DNA of 52,166 bases from Verrucomicrobiota bacterium (GCA_028873295.1 JAGWKO010000003.1:1-52166), one strand, 5' to 3'. Shown: positions 7,158 to 17,056, counted from the first letter of the stretch. The notes: generated from the sequence alone by a model not told the origin. Numbers and translations: made by a program.

Positions 7158-7975
7158 CGACTCACAGCCCTGCGGAAAGCATCTGACTCATCTGCCCAGA
7201 TGCGGTCCAGAGTGCGCTGACAATCAGCGGAAGAGATATCCCCCCGATTTCTTACCCCTTGTGAAGGGAGTTGTCTTTGAATTAACAGACAAATAAAAGC
7301 CTGACGGAAGGCTAACGCATTTTTAGCTGAGGGGATCTCTTTAAAGGAATGCCTCTTTATGTAGAGGTCGAGAATGCCAGACATAAGAGGATAATGACGC
7401 TCGCCGTCAGAGCAGATAAAAAGTGCATAGTAACGATTGATAAGAGCCTCGTCACTCTCTTGCCGAGTGAAGAGGGGAGCGATCCATTCTTCTTCAAAAG
7501 AGAGAAGCTGTCTATCTTTTTCTTCCTCTGAGAGAGATTCTGTGTGGCAATGGAGATATGCGATTGCACATTTTGTCTCTCTGGAGAGTCTTTCCCAAAA
7601 AAGAGGTCGGATCGCATCGTGCAGTTCTGTCGGGTTGTACGCTACACTTACAGGATTTCCTCGAAGGTTCATCTGCTTTGGCGGATGACGCATGGCACAG
7701 TAGACAATGGGAATAGAGGCAAGTTGTAGCATGGGATCATTGCACAAGAAATAGTGACGCGCTTCACCAATTTCAAGAGGAAGTGGGTAGATTCTCTGCA
7801 TGAGATGTCTCTCATGTGGCACTTCTCTTGAAGCGCAACAGGGGAAAATCGAAAGGGCAATTCGTGCAATGCGGGAGAGGCCGGATGCAACTGCTCTATC
7901 ATCGGGAGTAGCTGGAAGAGGGGTATTTCGCTCGACGTGCGAAGAGGGGGCTGTGTGCTGTATCATATGGGTCAA
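7139..7975 (-). CDS. Hypothetical protein (possible effector)
   Basis: 278-aa ORF with a low-complexity P/S/T-rich N-terminus; no recognised domain. Confidence 0.55.
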   Translation of the reverse strand: MTHMIQHTAPSSHVERNTPLPATPDDRAVASGLSRIARIALSIFPCCASREVPHERHLMQRIYPLPLEIGEARHYFLCNDPMLQLASIPIVYCAMRHPPKQMNLRGNPVSVAYNPTELHDAIRPLFWERLSRETKCAIAYLHCHTESLSEEEKDRQLLSFEEEWIAPLFTRQESDEALINRYYALFICSDGERHYPLMSGILDLYIKRHSFKEIPSAKNALAFRQAFICLLIQRQLPSQGVRNRGDISSADCQRTLDRIWADESDAFRRAVSRSLTTS

Positions 7976-8104
7976 CGATTGTAAAGAATTTGTTTAGGAA
8001 TGCAAGGAAAAAAATGAGGGTCAAGTTTTTTTGTTTTTTTTGGTATACTTTTGAGTCGTTTTGAATGTAGATATCGCAACGTTTTTGATATTAGAGGTTT
8101 GATT

Positions 8105-9337
8105 ATGGATGTGGCTCAAGAGAAATCGTGGAAAGAGACCTTGCTCGAGTGCAAGGCAGCGGAAGAAAGAATCGTATGCGGACTCGGATTTATGAGAGAA
8201 GCTCTCTCAAGAGAGGGATTGGTGCGCTTTCGCGATTTCTGGGAGATGCGCAGAGAAATTTTGCCTCTTTTCAAGGAGAACATTTCTGGAGGCAGACGTC
8301 ACAAGCTGTGGGAAGAGTATGTAGATCTCACTGTAGAGGCGCGCTGCCTGAAGAAAAAAAGAGAAGAAGAGGGCGCTTTTGCCATGGAACAGCTGGAGAT
8401 CGCTCTGCAGGCTCTTGAACAAGAGGTAGAAGCGGGACTTATAAAAGAAGCTCTTCCCAAAGAAGGTCTGGAGCGATATAGCTCGCTGCAAAGAGAGTTG
8501 GAACTTCTTGGCGTCTGGACGAAGCGCACGCAGGCGCTCCGCAAGGATGTTGTTGCAGCTGTCGCGCATCTGAATTGGAAATCCAAACTTCTGGATCGCC
8601 TCGGCAAGCTTGGCGATCTTCTTTTCCCAAGAAGAAGGAGCCTGCTTGGCAGTGCGCATCAGGAGTTTGAGCAGGAGGTAGCGCGCTTTGTCAAAGATCA
8701 TTTCTCTGGGGAAGAGATTGCAGGCGCTCCTCTTCATCGCCTGAAAGATGAGGTTAAGGCTTTGCAGGAGATTGCCAAGGGGCTTGCTTTGCCGGCTGAT
8801 CTTTTCCATCGCCTTCGACAGGATCTCAGCAGTTGCTGGGAGCGCGTCCACGGCGTAGAAAAAGAGGCGGTGGCCAAGAGACGGGAAGAGGAAGAAAAGG
8901 AGCGCGTGGAAGAGGAGGCGCGCAGAAAAGTTCGAGAAGAGGAGAGGGCAAAAGAGAAAAAAATGCAGGAAAAGCGAGTGGCGTGGCGCGAGCAGTGCGT
9001 GCGTTTTCAAAAAGAGCCCTTTACAGATCAGGAGCTGGAAGAGTTGCGCCGAGAAGTTGCACGGGAAGGAGACAAGCGCGAGTGGACGCTTTATCTTTCC
9101 AGACTTGAGCATCTTGCAGCGGAAAGAAGAGAAAAGGAAGACGGGAATCTGCCAGTTGTGTTACAGCAGAAAAAAGAACGGCGTCAGAAACTCAAGGCGG
9201 AGTATGACCTCTATCGCAAAGAGCTTGGAGGATCGAATTTGAGCTTTGAGAGAGCGATGCAACTGCGAGAGTGGATCGATTGGGGAAAAGAGCAGCTGGA
9301 CCTTTTGGAAGAGAAGATCCTCGAGATGGAGGAATGA
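8105..9337 (+). CDS. Conserved chlamydial coiled-coil protein (CT768-like)
   Basis: E/K/R-rich helical protein upstream of rsfS-fabF-NUDIX, the position CT768 holds in Chlamydia. Confidence 0.6.
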   Translation: MDVAQEKSWKETLLECKAAEERIVCGLGFMREALSREGLVRFRDFWEMRREILPLFKENISGGRRHKLWEEYVDLTVEARCLKKKREEEGAFAMEQLEIALQALEQEVEAGLIKEALPKEGLERYSSLQRELELLGVWTKRTQALRKDVVAAVAHLNWKSKLLDRLGKLGDLLFPRRRSLLGSAHQEFEQEVARFVKDHFSGEEIAGAPLHRLKDEVKALQEIAKGLALPADLFHRLRQDLSSCWERVHGVEKEAVAKRREEEEKERVEEEARRKVREEERAKEKKMQEKRVAWREQCVRFQKEPFTDQELEELRREVAREGDKREWTLYLSRLEHLAAERREKEDGNLPVVLQQKKERRQKLKAEYDLYRKELGGSNLSFERAMQLREWIDWGKEQLDLLEEKILEMEE

Positions 9338-11127
9338 GTCTCTTTCACATCCAGCAGATGGAAAGATTTTTGCCAAAGAGGGTCTTTCAAAATATTAAGG
9401 CCCTCCGCGAAGGCAGGGAGGCTTTTGACCCGAATCTGGCAAAAGCAGTAGCCGCAGCGCTGCAGGAATGGGCGCTTCGAGAGGGTGCGACGCACTTTAA
9501 ATATCTTGTCCATCCGATTACGAGCGGTCATTTCAGCAGTTCTGAACGACTTGAAGGCCTGAATGGAGAGAAACTTCTTCGGGGAGAGGTTCTTCTCAAG
9601 GGCTGGAAAGAGAGAGAGTCCATCACTGCTTATGCGACCTGGGATCCCACATCAGATCCTTTTCTTTTAGATTCTACCCTTTGCATCCCCTCCCTTCTTT
9701 TTTCAGCGCAGGGGCGGGCGCTCGACCATCGCATTCCGCTTCTTCGCTCTGAAGAGAAGCTCATCGATGCGTTCCATCGTCTGATACGACTGCAAAATCT
9801 TTCTGTCGCCCGTGTGATTCCCATGCTTGCGATTGATCAGGAATTTTGTCTTGTCGACCGCTCTCTTTATGAAAAGAGGCCAGATCTTCTCTCTCTTGGA
9901 AAAATGGTTTTTGGAAGAGAGGAGAAGGAGGAGCTTTTTTCTTCCAATGAACGCATTGAAGAGCTGCTCAGGGCAGTGGAGGCAAAGGCCCTTCTTTTGG
10001 GCATTCCAGTGCAGCGGTGGCAGAAGGGGAGAGCTCCTTCGCACTATCGGGTGACAATGGGGCCTGTTCGCGCCTTGCTTGCTGCGAGGAATAATCTTCT
10101 TTTGCTCTCGCTCTTTGAGCAAATGGCGCTGGATGCGGGTTTTGCACTTCTTGTGCAGGACCTCCCTTTTGCGCCTCTGAATGGATCTTGCAAGGTTTTG
10201 CACTGGTCTTTTGCTTCAGAGACGGAGAAGGAAATTCCAGGTGCTCCTCTCTTTCCCCTTACGCTGCTCGCTGCAGTAGCAGGCGCTCTTGCGGATCGAT
10301 CAGAACTGCTTCGATCCCACTTCACCTCTTGGGAGGCATTGCGCCACACAGAGACAAATGTACCTCTTCTCTTCTCGATGGCTCTTGGAGAGGAACTGGA
10401 GGGGTGGATCAATCGGTTGATTCATGAAAGAACCTTTCCTGAGAACATTGTGCGCGAGATCCCCATTCCGGAAAAAGAGGAGATGAACAGCGACAAAAGA
10501 GCCGCTTTTCTCACCTATGCAAGGGGTGTATTTACCCTGCGCGGTGTCTCTTCTTCTGTAGATCCGGCGCTCCCTCTTTCTCTTTTCCACGCGATGGTAG
10601 CAAGTGAACTTCATCGCATTGCAGATGAGTTTGAAAAGGAGGGCCCTCTCTCTTTAAAGCGCCCTTTTCACTCTTTTTTTGCAGGGGAAAAGACGCAAAT
10701 TTCCAGTGCAGCTTCTCCCTTTTCTTCCTGGCTTGCGCCCAAAGAGGAGGATCTTTTGCAGGGGATTTTGAGTAGAGAAGAGATTCGCGAGCGCTATGAA
10801 GTGGAGACGGAGCGATATGCGCGCAGTATACTGAAAGAGGCCCACTTGATGGTGCACGTTTTTCGCACGCAGATTGTGCCGCACATCGCAAAGGTGTCTG
10901 CTGCAGAAAAGCTGATAGAGGATCTGAAAGAGTCGATGCAGGAGCTGGAAAAAATCGAGGCGCAGACGGAAAATTTTGGCTGGGAAGCCAGGGCAGATGT
11001 ATTTAGAGAACTTTTGGAGCCCAGGATCAGAAGAGCACTCTTGCAGTTTGCAGAATTGGAGAGCTCTGTGGATGCTTCTCTTTGGCCCTTCCCGAAGTTT
11101 CAGGAACTTTTTTGGGTGCACAGTTGA
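9334..11127 (+). CDS. Glutamine synthetase type III homologue with degenerate active site
   Basis: EWALREGATH, ATWDPTSDPF, TLCIPS, GRALD.R.PLLRS, RPDL..LG, PFAPLNGS.K...WS and C-terminal WPFP.F.EL are GSIII landmarks. ATGA overlap with the upstream gene. Confidence 0.8.
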   Translation: MSLFHIQQMERFLPKRVFQNIKALREGREAFDPNLAKAVAAALQEWALREGATHFKYLVHPITSGHFSSSERLEGLNGEKLLRGEVLLKGWKERESITAYATWDPTSDPFLLDSTLCIPSLLFSAQGRALDHRIPLLRSEEKLIDAFHRLIRLQNLSVARVIPMLAIDQEFCLVDRSLYEKRPDLLSLGKMVFGREEKEELFSSNERIEELLRAVEAKALLLGIPVQRWQKGRAPSHYRVTMGPVRALLAARNNLLLLSLFEQMALDAGFALLVQDLPFAPLNGSCKVLHWSFASETEKEIPGAPLFPLTLLAAVAGALADRSELLRSHFTSWEALRHTETNVPLLFSMALGEELEGWINRLIHERTFPENIVREIPIPEKEEMNSDKRAAFLTYARGVFTLRGVSSSVDPALPLSLFHAMVASELHRIADEFEKEGPLSLKRPFHSFFAGEKTQISSAASPFSSWLAPKEEDLLQGILSREEIRERYEVETERYARSILKEAHLMVHVFRTQIVPHIAKVSAAEKLIEDLKESMQELEKIEAQTENFGWEARADVFRELLEPRIRRALLQFAELESSVDASLWPFPKFQELFWVHS

Positions 11128-11693
11128 AAATAGGATTTTTTGGCGGAACGTTTGATCCGATTCATGTTGGACATCTCAATTTAGCGCTTCAGCTTTCGGA
11201 GAGCGAAGGACTGGATGAGGTGATTTTCTCTCCGGCATATTGCTCTCCATTCAAGGAAGCAAGACCTCCTGTTGCAAGCGGAGAGGATCGCCTGGAAATG
11301 GTGCGTCTTGCTATACAGGATATTTCTCGTTTTCGCGTGACAGATTATGAGGTGCGAAAAGAGGTCCCCTCCTACACTATCGATGCGATCCGCCACTTTG
11401 CCAAAAACAGTCCCGCATTTTTCCATCTTATTTTGTCAGAGGAGTCGGCTCATCATTTCTTTGAGTGGAAGGAGGCCGACCTTCTCCTTCATAAGGCTTT
11501 TCCTCTGATCGGTGTGCGCTCTTTTTCACAAGAAGTTCCAGAAGCCTTGCGCGCTGGTGTTCGCGAGATTCGGGCGATGGATATCTCCAGTACAGACATT
11601 CGCGATCGATTGCAGCAAGGACTCTATTCTGGCCATCTCGTGCCACATGCAGTACTTTCCTACATCCATAAACGGAGGCTATACCAACAGTGA
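11124..11693 (+). CDS. nadD: Nicotinate-nucleotide adenylyltransferase
   Basis: GFFGGTFDPIHVGH, SYTID, ISSTDIR motifs. Confidence 0.93.
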   Translation: MKIGFFGGTFDPIHVGHLNLALQLSESEGLDEVIFSPAYCSPFKEARPPVASGEDRLEMVRLAIQDISRFRVTDYEVRKEVPSYTIDAIRHFAKNSPAFFHLILSEESAHHFFEWKEADLLLHKAFPLIGVRSFSQEVPEALRAGVREIRAMDISSTDIRDRLQQGLYSGHLVPHAVLSYIHKRRLYQQ

Positions 11694-12043
11694 TGAAACC
11701 CTTACAGCTTCTTCAGCGCATTGCGCAGATTATCGCAGATAAAAAAGGCTTTAACACTCTTGTTCTCGATGTGACAGGATTTTCCTCAATCTCCGATTTT
11801 CTCTTCATTGCGGAGGGAAATGTCGATCGCCATCTGATCGCGATTGCGAAGGCGATTATGGAAGAGTTGGGAAAAGAGGGAATTGAGCCTCTTTATGTGG
11901 AGGGGCTCCAAACAGGGGATTGGATCGCCATTGACTATGGCGAGGTAATGATTCACCTCTTTGCCCCAGGTTTTCGCGAACGCTATGCTCTTGAAAGACT
12001 GTGGAAAGAGAGTCAGATCGTGGAACTTTGTCCCTGCGTGTAA
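11693..12043 (+). CDS. rsfS: Ribosome silencing factor
   Basis: DKKG..LDV, W..IDYG.V.IHLF, RERYALERLW. Confidence 0.93.
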   Translation: MKPLQLLQRIAQIIADKKGFNTLVLDVTGFSSISDFLFIAEGNVDRHLIAIAKAIMEELGKEGIEPLYVEGLQTGDWIAIDYGEVMIHLFAPGFRERYALERLWKESQIVELCPCV

Positions 12044-12096
12044 CTAAAATTATTAAATAATAGACTAAATAATGTATTTATGGTATAATATATATT

Positions 12097-13332
12097 ATGA
12101 GTTTATTAAGTGTTGATTTTAGAGTCCCTTCGATTGTAGGAGGCAGCCGCGATTTCTCTTTTCAAAGAGCGCGGGGAAGACGTTATCAGACGATCTATCA
12201 AAGATGGTATGCACAGCTATCTGAACAGAAGAGAAATGTGGAGTTCAGGTACAGAGAAAATGTGCTTTGGATAGCAGGGGAGGTGATCCCTGCTATTGGA
12301 ATGGCCTTTGCTCGTTTGGCACAACACGTTCAGACTCTAGTGGATAACATCTTTCTCTTCCTGCGCATCCTGCGCAATCCCGGAGCAGCACTGGTTGTCC
12401 CCGCAACTCAGATGACAGCGCCCTCTCTTGAGATTTCCGATGATTTCGCTCCTTTCTTCCCTGAGAATGGGCAGGATTCCCCTTATGTCTGTTTAGGCTC
12501 TCTTGATGGGAGAGGTATTTGGTTCCCGTTCGGTTGGGAATTACATCCTGTTGAACTTGAGGTTGATGGACGAAAGATCCATGGAATGAAGGTGGGGAAA
12601 GCAAAGCATTTGAATAATGGAAAGTGGGTTCTCTACTCAAGTGGCAATGGTCAATTTTTTGAACACACACTGTTATACAGTGATGATTTCTATGCTCAAA
12701 TGGATCACTTTGAATACAATGTCCTCCTTTTTCACTATCCCGGTGTTGGAAAGAGTGAGGGACCCTGCACGAAAGAGAGAATGGTGAAGAGTTACTCTGC
12801 TCTTCTCTCTTTTTTGGAAAATGAGATGAGTGCAAAAGAGATCATCGGGTGGGGATTCTCCATTGGAGGAGGTGTTCAGGGAGAGGCTTTAAAAGAGCAC
12901 CAATTGAAAGAGACTGTTCGATACTGTTTTGTCAAAGATCGTACTTTTTCCGATCTGAGTAGTGCGGCAAGGGATCTTGTTCGTCCCTCTTTGATAGGGG
13001 TCATTGCAGCGCAGCTCGTCCGTGCTTTTGCTTGGGATTTCAGTTCTGTTGAATCGTCCCGCGAGCTTAAGGCTCCCGAGGTCATTATTCAAACCGGTGA
13101 ATGGAGGGATGCTGCGCTCATGAAAGAGAGTGGTGATCTCAGTGAAACCGATGAGATTATTACCAAAAATGCCTCGCTTGCTCACAAATTGTTTAGTGAC
13201 TTTCACTCTTCGCACAATAAAAAATTTATTGTCGTGCCAGAGTGGCACTGCGGTTCTCTTTCTTCTGACAGTGTAAGGCTTGTTCTCTATACCGCTCAAC
13301 AACTCATGTCTGATTCCGGAAATTTTTTTTGA
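12097..13332 (+). CDS. Chlamydial CHLPS 43 kDa / DUF818-type alpha/beta hydrolase
   Basis: WVLYSSGNG, YPGVGKSEG, nucleophile elbow GFSIGG, KDRTFS. AT-rich insert between rsfS and fabF with its own TAGACT-17-TATAAT promoter. Confidence 0.75.
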   Translation: MSLLSVDFRVPSIVGGSRDFSFQRARGRRYQTIYQRWYAQLSEQKRNVEFRYRENVLWIAGEVIPAIGMAFARLAQHVQTLVDNIFLFLRILRNPGAALVVPATQMTAPSLEISDDFAPFFPENGQDSPYVCLGSLDGRGIWFPFGWELHPVELEVDGRKIHGMKVGKAKHLNNGKWVLYSSGNGQFFEHTLLYSDDFYAQMDHFEYNVLLFHYPGVGKSEGPCTKERMVKSYSALLSFLENEMSAKEIIGWGFSIGGGVQGEALKEHQLKETVRYCFVKDRTFSDLSSAARDLVRPSLIGVIAAQLVRAFAWDFSSVESSRELKAPEVIIQTGEWRDAALMKESGDLSETDEIITKNASLAHKLFSDFHSSHNKKFIVVPEWHCGSLSSDSVRLVLYTAQQLMSDSGNFF

Positions 13333-13384
13333 CTCCTGATTCTTGACTTGTCGCTCTCTTTCATCTTTGCTATACTGCTGAGCA

Positions 13385-14659
13385 ATGAAAAGAAGAGTTG
13401 TTGTGACGGGTATGGGGATTGTCTCCTGCTTCGGCACAGATGTCGATGAGTTTTACGCAAAACTGCTTGAAGGCAAGAGCGGCATTGGATCTATTGAAAG
13501 TTTTCCTTGTGCTGATTGGCCCACGCGCTTTGCTGGAGCGATCCGTCAGTTTGATCCAGGCAGCTACATGGAGAAAAAACAGGCGCGCCGTGTCGATCCC
13601 TTCATTCGCTATGCGATGGTAGCGGGAAAGAAGGCGCTCGAGCATGGTGGGCTGACTGCCGAGGCGCTTGCAAATCTCAAGAAGGAGCGCTGTGGGATTA
13701 TTGTCGGTTCCGGTATGGGCGGCATGACGGTTTTCCATGATGGCGTCGAAACGCTTCTTACTGGTGGTGGCTATAAGAGGCTGACGCCCTTTTTTGTCCC
13801 CTACATCATCACAAATATGGCAGGAGCCCTTCTTGCGATTGATACCGGGTTTATGGGACCCAACTACTCGATTTCGACTGCCTGTGCGACAGCAAATAAC
13901 AGTATTCATGCTGCAGCAGAGCAAATTTTTCAGGGAAATGCCGATCTGATGCTTTGTGGAGGAGCTGAGGCTCCCATTTTGCCAATTGGTCTTGCTGGCT
14001 TTGTGGCAATTAAAGCCCTCTCGACGCGCAACGAAGCGCCGGAGAAGGCTTCCCGTCCCTGGGACCGCGGTCGCGATGGCTTTGTGATGGGGGAGGGCGC
14101 CGGTGTGCTTCTCCTGGAGAGTTTAGAACACGCTTTGGAGCGGGGCGCTCCCATTTATGCAGAATATCTGGGAGGGGCGGCCAACTGCGATGCCTATCAT
14201 ATGACCGATCCAAGGCCTGATGGCTCGGGAGTTGCTTTTTGTATCGAAGAGGCTTTGCGCTCTGCAGGAGTTGAGAAAGAAGCGGTGAACTACATCAACG
14301 CACATGCTACTTCGACGCCAACGGGTGATCTCGGAGAGCTTACTGCAGTGCATCGCGTTTTCGGTGCGCATACGGCAAACATCAAGATCAATGCGACCAA
14401 ATCGCTGGTCGGGCACTGTTTGGGAGCAGCGGGCGGTGTGGAGGCTGTTGCGACAATTCAGGCGATTCGCACTGGCTGGCTCCATCCTACGCTCAACCTG
14501 GAGGACCCGGAGCCTCTACTGGGCGATCTCGACCCCGTTGCAGGAGAGAAGAAGGCGCATGCTGTGCGCGTTGCTATCTCCAACTCTTTTGGCTTTGGCG
14601 GCCACAACGCAGTACTTGTTTTTGCCCCCTATCGACCTCTTGCATATGTATCACGATGA
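13385..14659 (+). CDS. fabF: 3-oxoacyl-ACP synthase II
   Basis: RRVVVTGMG, STACAT, NAHATST, GHCLGAAG, SNSFGFGGHN. Confidence 0.96.
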   Translation: MKRRVVVTGMGIVSCFGTDVDEFYAKLLEGKSGIGSIESFPCADWPTRFAGAIRQFDPGSYMEKKQARRVDPFIRYAMVAGKKALEHGGLTAEALANLKKERCGIIVGSGMGGMTVFHDGVETLLTGGGYKRLTPFFVPYIITNMAGALLAIDTGFMGPNYSISTACATANNSIHAAAEQIFQGNADLMLCGGAEAPILPIGLAGFVAIKALSTRNEAPEKASRPWDRGRDGFVMGEGAGVLLLESLEHALERGAPIYAEYLGGAANCDAYHMTDPRPDGSGVAFCIEEALRSAGVEKEAVNYINAHATSTPTGDLGELTAVHRVFGAHTANIKINATKSLVGHCLGAAGGVEAVATIQAIRTGWLHPTLNLEDPEPLLGDLDPVAGEKKAHAVRVAISNSFGFGGHNAVLVFAPYRPLAYVSR

Positions 14660-15068
14660 GTCTTTTGGAATCATTCCTCTGCGGCAACAGGCAGGGGAGT
14701 GGCAGGTCTTTTTAGTCCACAGCAAACGCAGCAGCTATTGGGGGATTCCCAAGGGGCATGCAGAAGAGGAGGAGACCCCTTGGCAGGCAGCAGAGAGGGA
14801 GCTTCTTGAAGAGACGGGGCTGCGCTGCTTCCGTTTGGTGCGCAAAGAGCCCTTTGTGGAAGAGTATTGCTATACTTCTGCAAGAGGTCCTGTATCCAAA
14901 CGCGTCCTCTACTTTGCAGCAGAGGTCGTAGGGGAGATTCTTTTACAACAGGAAGAGGTAGACGATGGTATTTGGATGGCTCTCTCGGCGGCTGGGGATT
15001 GCATCACCTACCCCCAAACAAAAAGGCTCCTTGTCACCCTTGCGAGCTTCCTCTCCGCCCCGCGTTGA
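14646..15068 (+). CDS. NUDIX hydrolase (Ap4A hydrolase-like, CT771-like)
   Basis: Nudix box GHAEEEETPWQAAERELLEETGL; downstream of fabF. Confidence 0.88.
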   Translation: MYHDESFGIIPLRQQAGEWQVFLVHSKRSSYWGIPKGHAEEEETPWQAAERELLEETGLRCFRLVRKEPFVEEYCYTSARGPVSKRVLYFAAEVVGEILLQQEEVDDGIWMALSAAGDCITYPQTKRLLVTLASFLSAPR

Positions 15069-15750
15069 AATTTTCTCTCGCCACGCCTTTTTTTCTACGG
15101 TGAGCGCTCACAAGAAGCGCCCTGCTCACTTCACAAGGGAAAAGTGCTTTCAGAATCTGCTTGCCACGACTGATTTTTCCAAAGCCCATCTGCATATCCT
15201 CTTTGACCTGGCGCGCGGTCCAAGGGAAAAGCACTTTTTGCATCGAGAGACGCGATTCCCCATTGTCGAATTTGCAGGAGGCACCGAGTCGGCCTCTTTT
15301 CTTTTTCTTTTAGACTATGTGACAAAGCTCTCTCTTGATCCCGAGACGATTCTCTATTTTGTGGAAGATGATTATTTTCATCGCCCGGGATGGCTCGATC
15401 TTCTTCTTGAGGGGTTTTCCCTTCCCAAAGCAGATTACATTACTCTGTATGACCATCCGGACAAATATCTTTTGCCGCAACAATCAGAAGTTTTTACTAC
15501 GGATTCCTGCCATTGGCGCACTACTCCCTCAACCACCAACACCTTCGCCGTGCGCCTGCAGACTCTCCTTGCCGACCTCCCCATTCATCGCAAATTCTCT
15601 TTGAACTGCGACATCAGTCAAGACCATAAAAAATTTCTTGCTCTTGGAAAAAAGGGACGCACACTTCTTTCCTCCATTCCAGGAGGGTCGACCCACGCAG
15701 AGCCCGATTTTATTTCTCCTTGCATCTCATGGGAACTTTTCTTACACTAA
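14965..15750 (+). CDS. GT-A fold glycosyltransferase-like protein (start uncertain)
   Basis: YFVEDDYFH (DXD-type motif), YITLYDHPDKY, WRTTPSTTNTF. Confidence 0.6.
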   Translation: MVFGWLSRRLGIASPTPKQKGSLSPLRASSPPRVEIFSRHAFFSTVSAHKKRPAHFTREKCFQNLLATTDFSKAHLHILFDLARGPREKHFLHRETRFPIVEFAGGTESASFLFLLDYVTKLSLDPETILYFVEDDYFHRPGWLDLLLEGFSLPKADYITLYDHPDKYLLPQQSEVFTTDSCHWRTTPSTTNTFAVRLQTLLADLPIHRKFSLNCDISQDHKKFLALGKKGRTLLSSIPGGSTHAEPDFISPCISWELFLH

Positions 15751-15755
15751 ACTCT

Positions 15756-16310
15756 ATGAATACATTGTTTCAGACACTCTCTTCTCAAACATTCTCTTCT
15801 TCTCGAGTTAACCCGGTGCTTCTTACCCTGCTCGCAGCCGCTCTCATTTCGCTGAGCGGGCCACTTTCAATTTCTCTGCCCTTCACTCCTGTGCCTCTCT
15901 CTCTTCGCCCTCACCTCGTGCTTTTGATTGCGGCGCTTCTCGGCTCTCGGCAGAGTATGACAGCTGTATCGCTCTTTCTCGTGCAGGCGGCTTTGGGACT
16001 GCCGGTCCTTGTTGGGGGTGCCTCGCTTTTTGGCCCTACTGGTGGCTATTGTATTGGCTATCTCGTCGCTGCAGCTCTTGTAGGAACTCTTGTAGAGAGA
16101 CTGAAGAATCAAACGCCGCTTCGCCTCTTTGCGATTCTTGCGCTTGGCAGTAGTGCTATTTTGTTTCTTGGCATGTGCCATCTTGCTCTTTTTATTGGTT
16201 GGGAGAAGGCGTTTCTGTGTGGTGTTGCTCCATTCCTCCCAGGGGACCTTCTTAAACTTCTTCTTGTTACATGCACAGTTCAAGCAGCTCGGCGTCGTTT
16301 CGCTTCCTAG
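15756..16310 (+). CDS. bioY: Biotin transporter BioY
   Basis: PFTPVPLSL, GLPV, GPTGGYCIGY, PFLPGDLLK. Confidence 0.92.
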   Translation: MNTLFQTLSSQTFSSSRVNPVLLTLLAAALISLSGPLSISLPFTPVPLSLRPHLVLLIAALLGSRQSMTAVSLFLVQAALGLPVLVGGASLFGPTGGYCIGYLVAAALVGTLVERLKNQTPLRLFAILALGSSAILFLGMCHLALFIGWEKAFLCGVAPFLPGDLLKLLLVTCTVQAARRRFAS

Positions 16311-17056
16311 GGACGGGAGCCTCCGCGGGGGTGCCGGTGATCGGCTGTTCCTGTGTGGTTTGTCTCTCCTCCTCTCCTTACAACAAGCGGCTGAGGCCCT
16401 CTGGTCTTCTCTTTGTTGGAGAAAAGAAGATTCTGATCGATGCGGGGCCGGATCTGCGCATGCAGGCCCTTACTGCGCATATTTCAGGGATTGATGGGCT
16501 CTTTTTAACGCACACACACTTTGACCATATCGCCGGCATTGATGACCTGCGCGCCTTTTATCGAAAGACAGGACGCCCTATCCCGGTCCTGCTTTCTCGC
16601 GCAAGCTATGGGGAATTGGAGCGCCGCTATCACTATCTTTTAGAACCTGGAGGCTCCTCGGCACAGCTTGAGTGGTCTCTTCTTCCAAGTGATGCGGGGG
16701 AGACGAGCTTCCTTGGCCTTGCTGTTCGTTACTTCACCTATCAGCAGGGAGGGATGCTTGTTACTGGTTATCGAGTGGGATCTTTTGCCTATCTCACCGA
16801 TATACGCGATTTTCCTGCTACTATCTTCTCCTTTTTGCTGGGGGTGCGAGTGCTTGTGATAGGAGCTCTTTGCAAGGAGCCCACTTCGCTGCATTTTGGG
16901 TTCGAAGAGGCGGTTGATTTTGGTAAAAAAGTTGGTGCAGAGGAAATCTTTATCACGCACATGAACCACACGGTAGACTACGAGGGGACATCCAACATGC
17001 TGCCTCCTGGGGTGCGCCTTGCTTATGATGGTCTGGAGGTCTCTTTTGGAATCTGA
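16271..17056 (+). CDS. phnP: MBL-fold metallo-hydrolase (PhnP-like)
   Basis: FLGTGASAGVPVIGC.C..C, THTHFDHIAG, THMNH, AYDGL. Confidence 0.85.
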   Translation: MHSSSSSASFRFLGTGASAGVPVIGCSCVVCLSSSPYNKRLRPSGLLFVGEKKILIDAGPDLRMQALTAHISGIDGLFLTHTHFDHIAGIDDLRAFYRKTGRPIPVLLSRASYGELERRYHYLLEPGGSSAQLEWSLLPSDAGETSFLGLAVRYFTYQQGGMLVTGYRVGSFAYLTDIRDFPATIFSFLLGVRVLVIGALCKEPTSLHFGFEEAVDFGKKVGAEEIFITHMNHTVDYEGTSNMLPPGVRLAYDGLEVSFGI

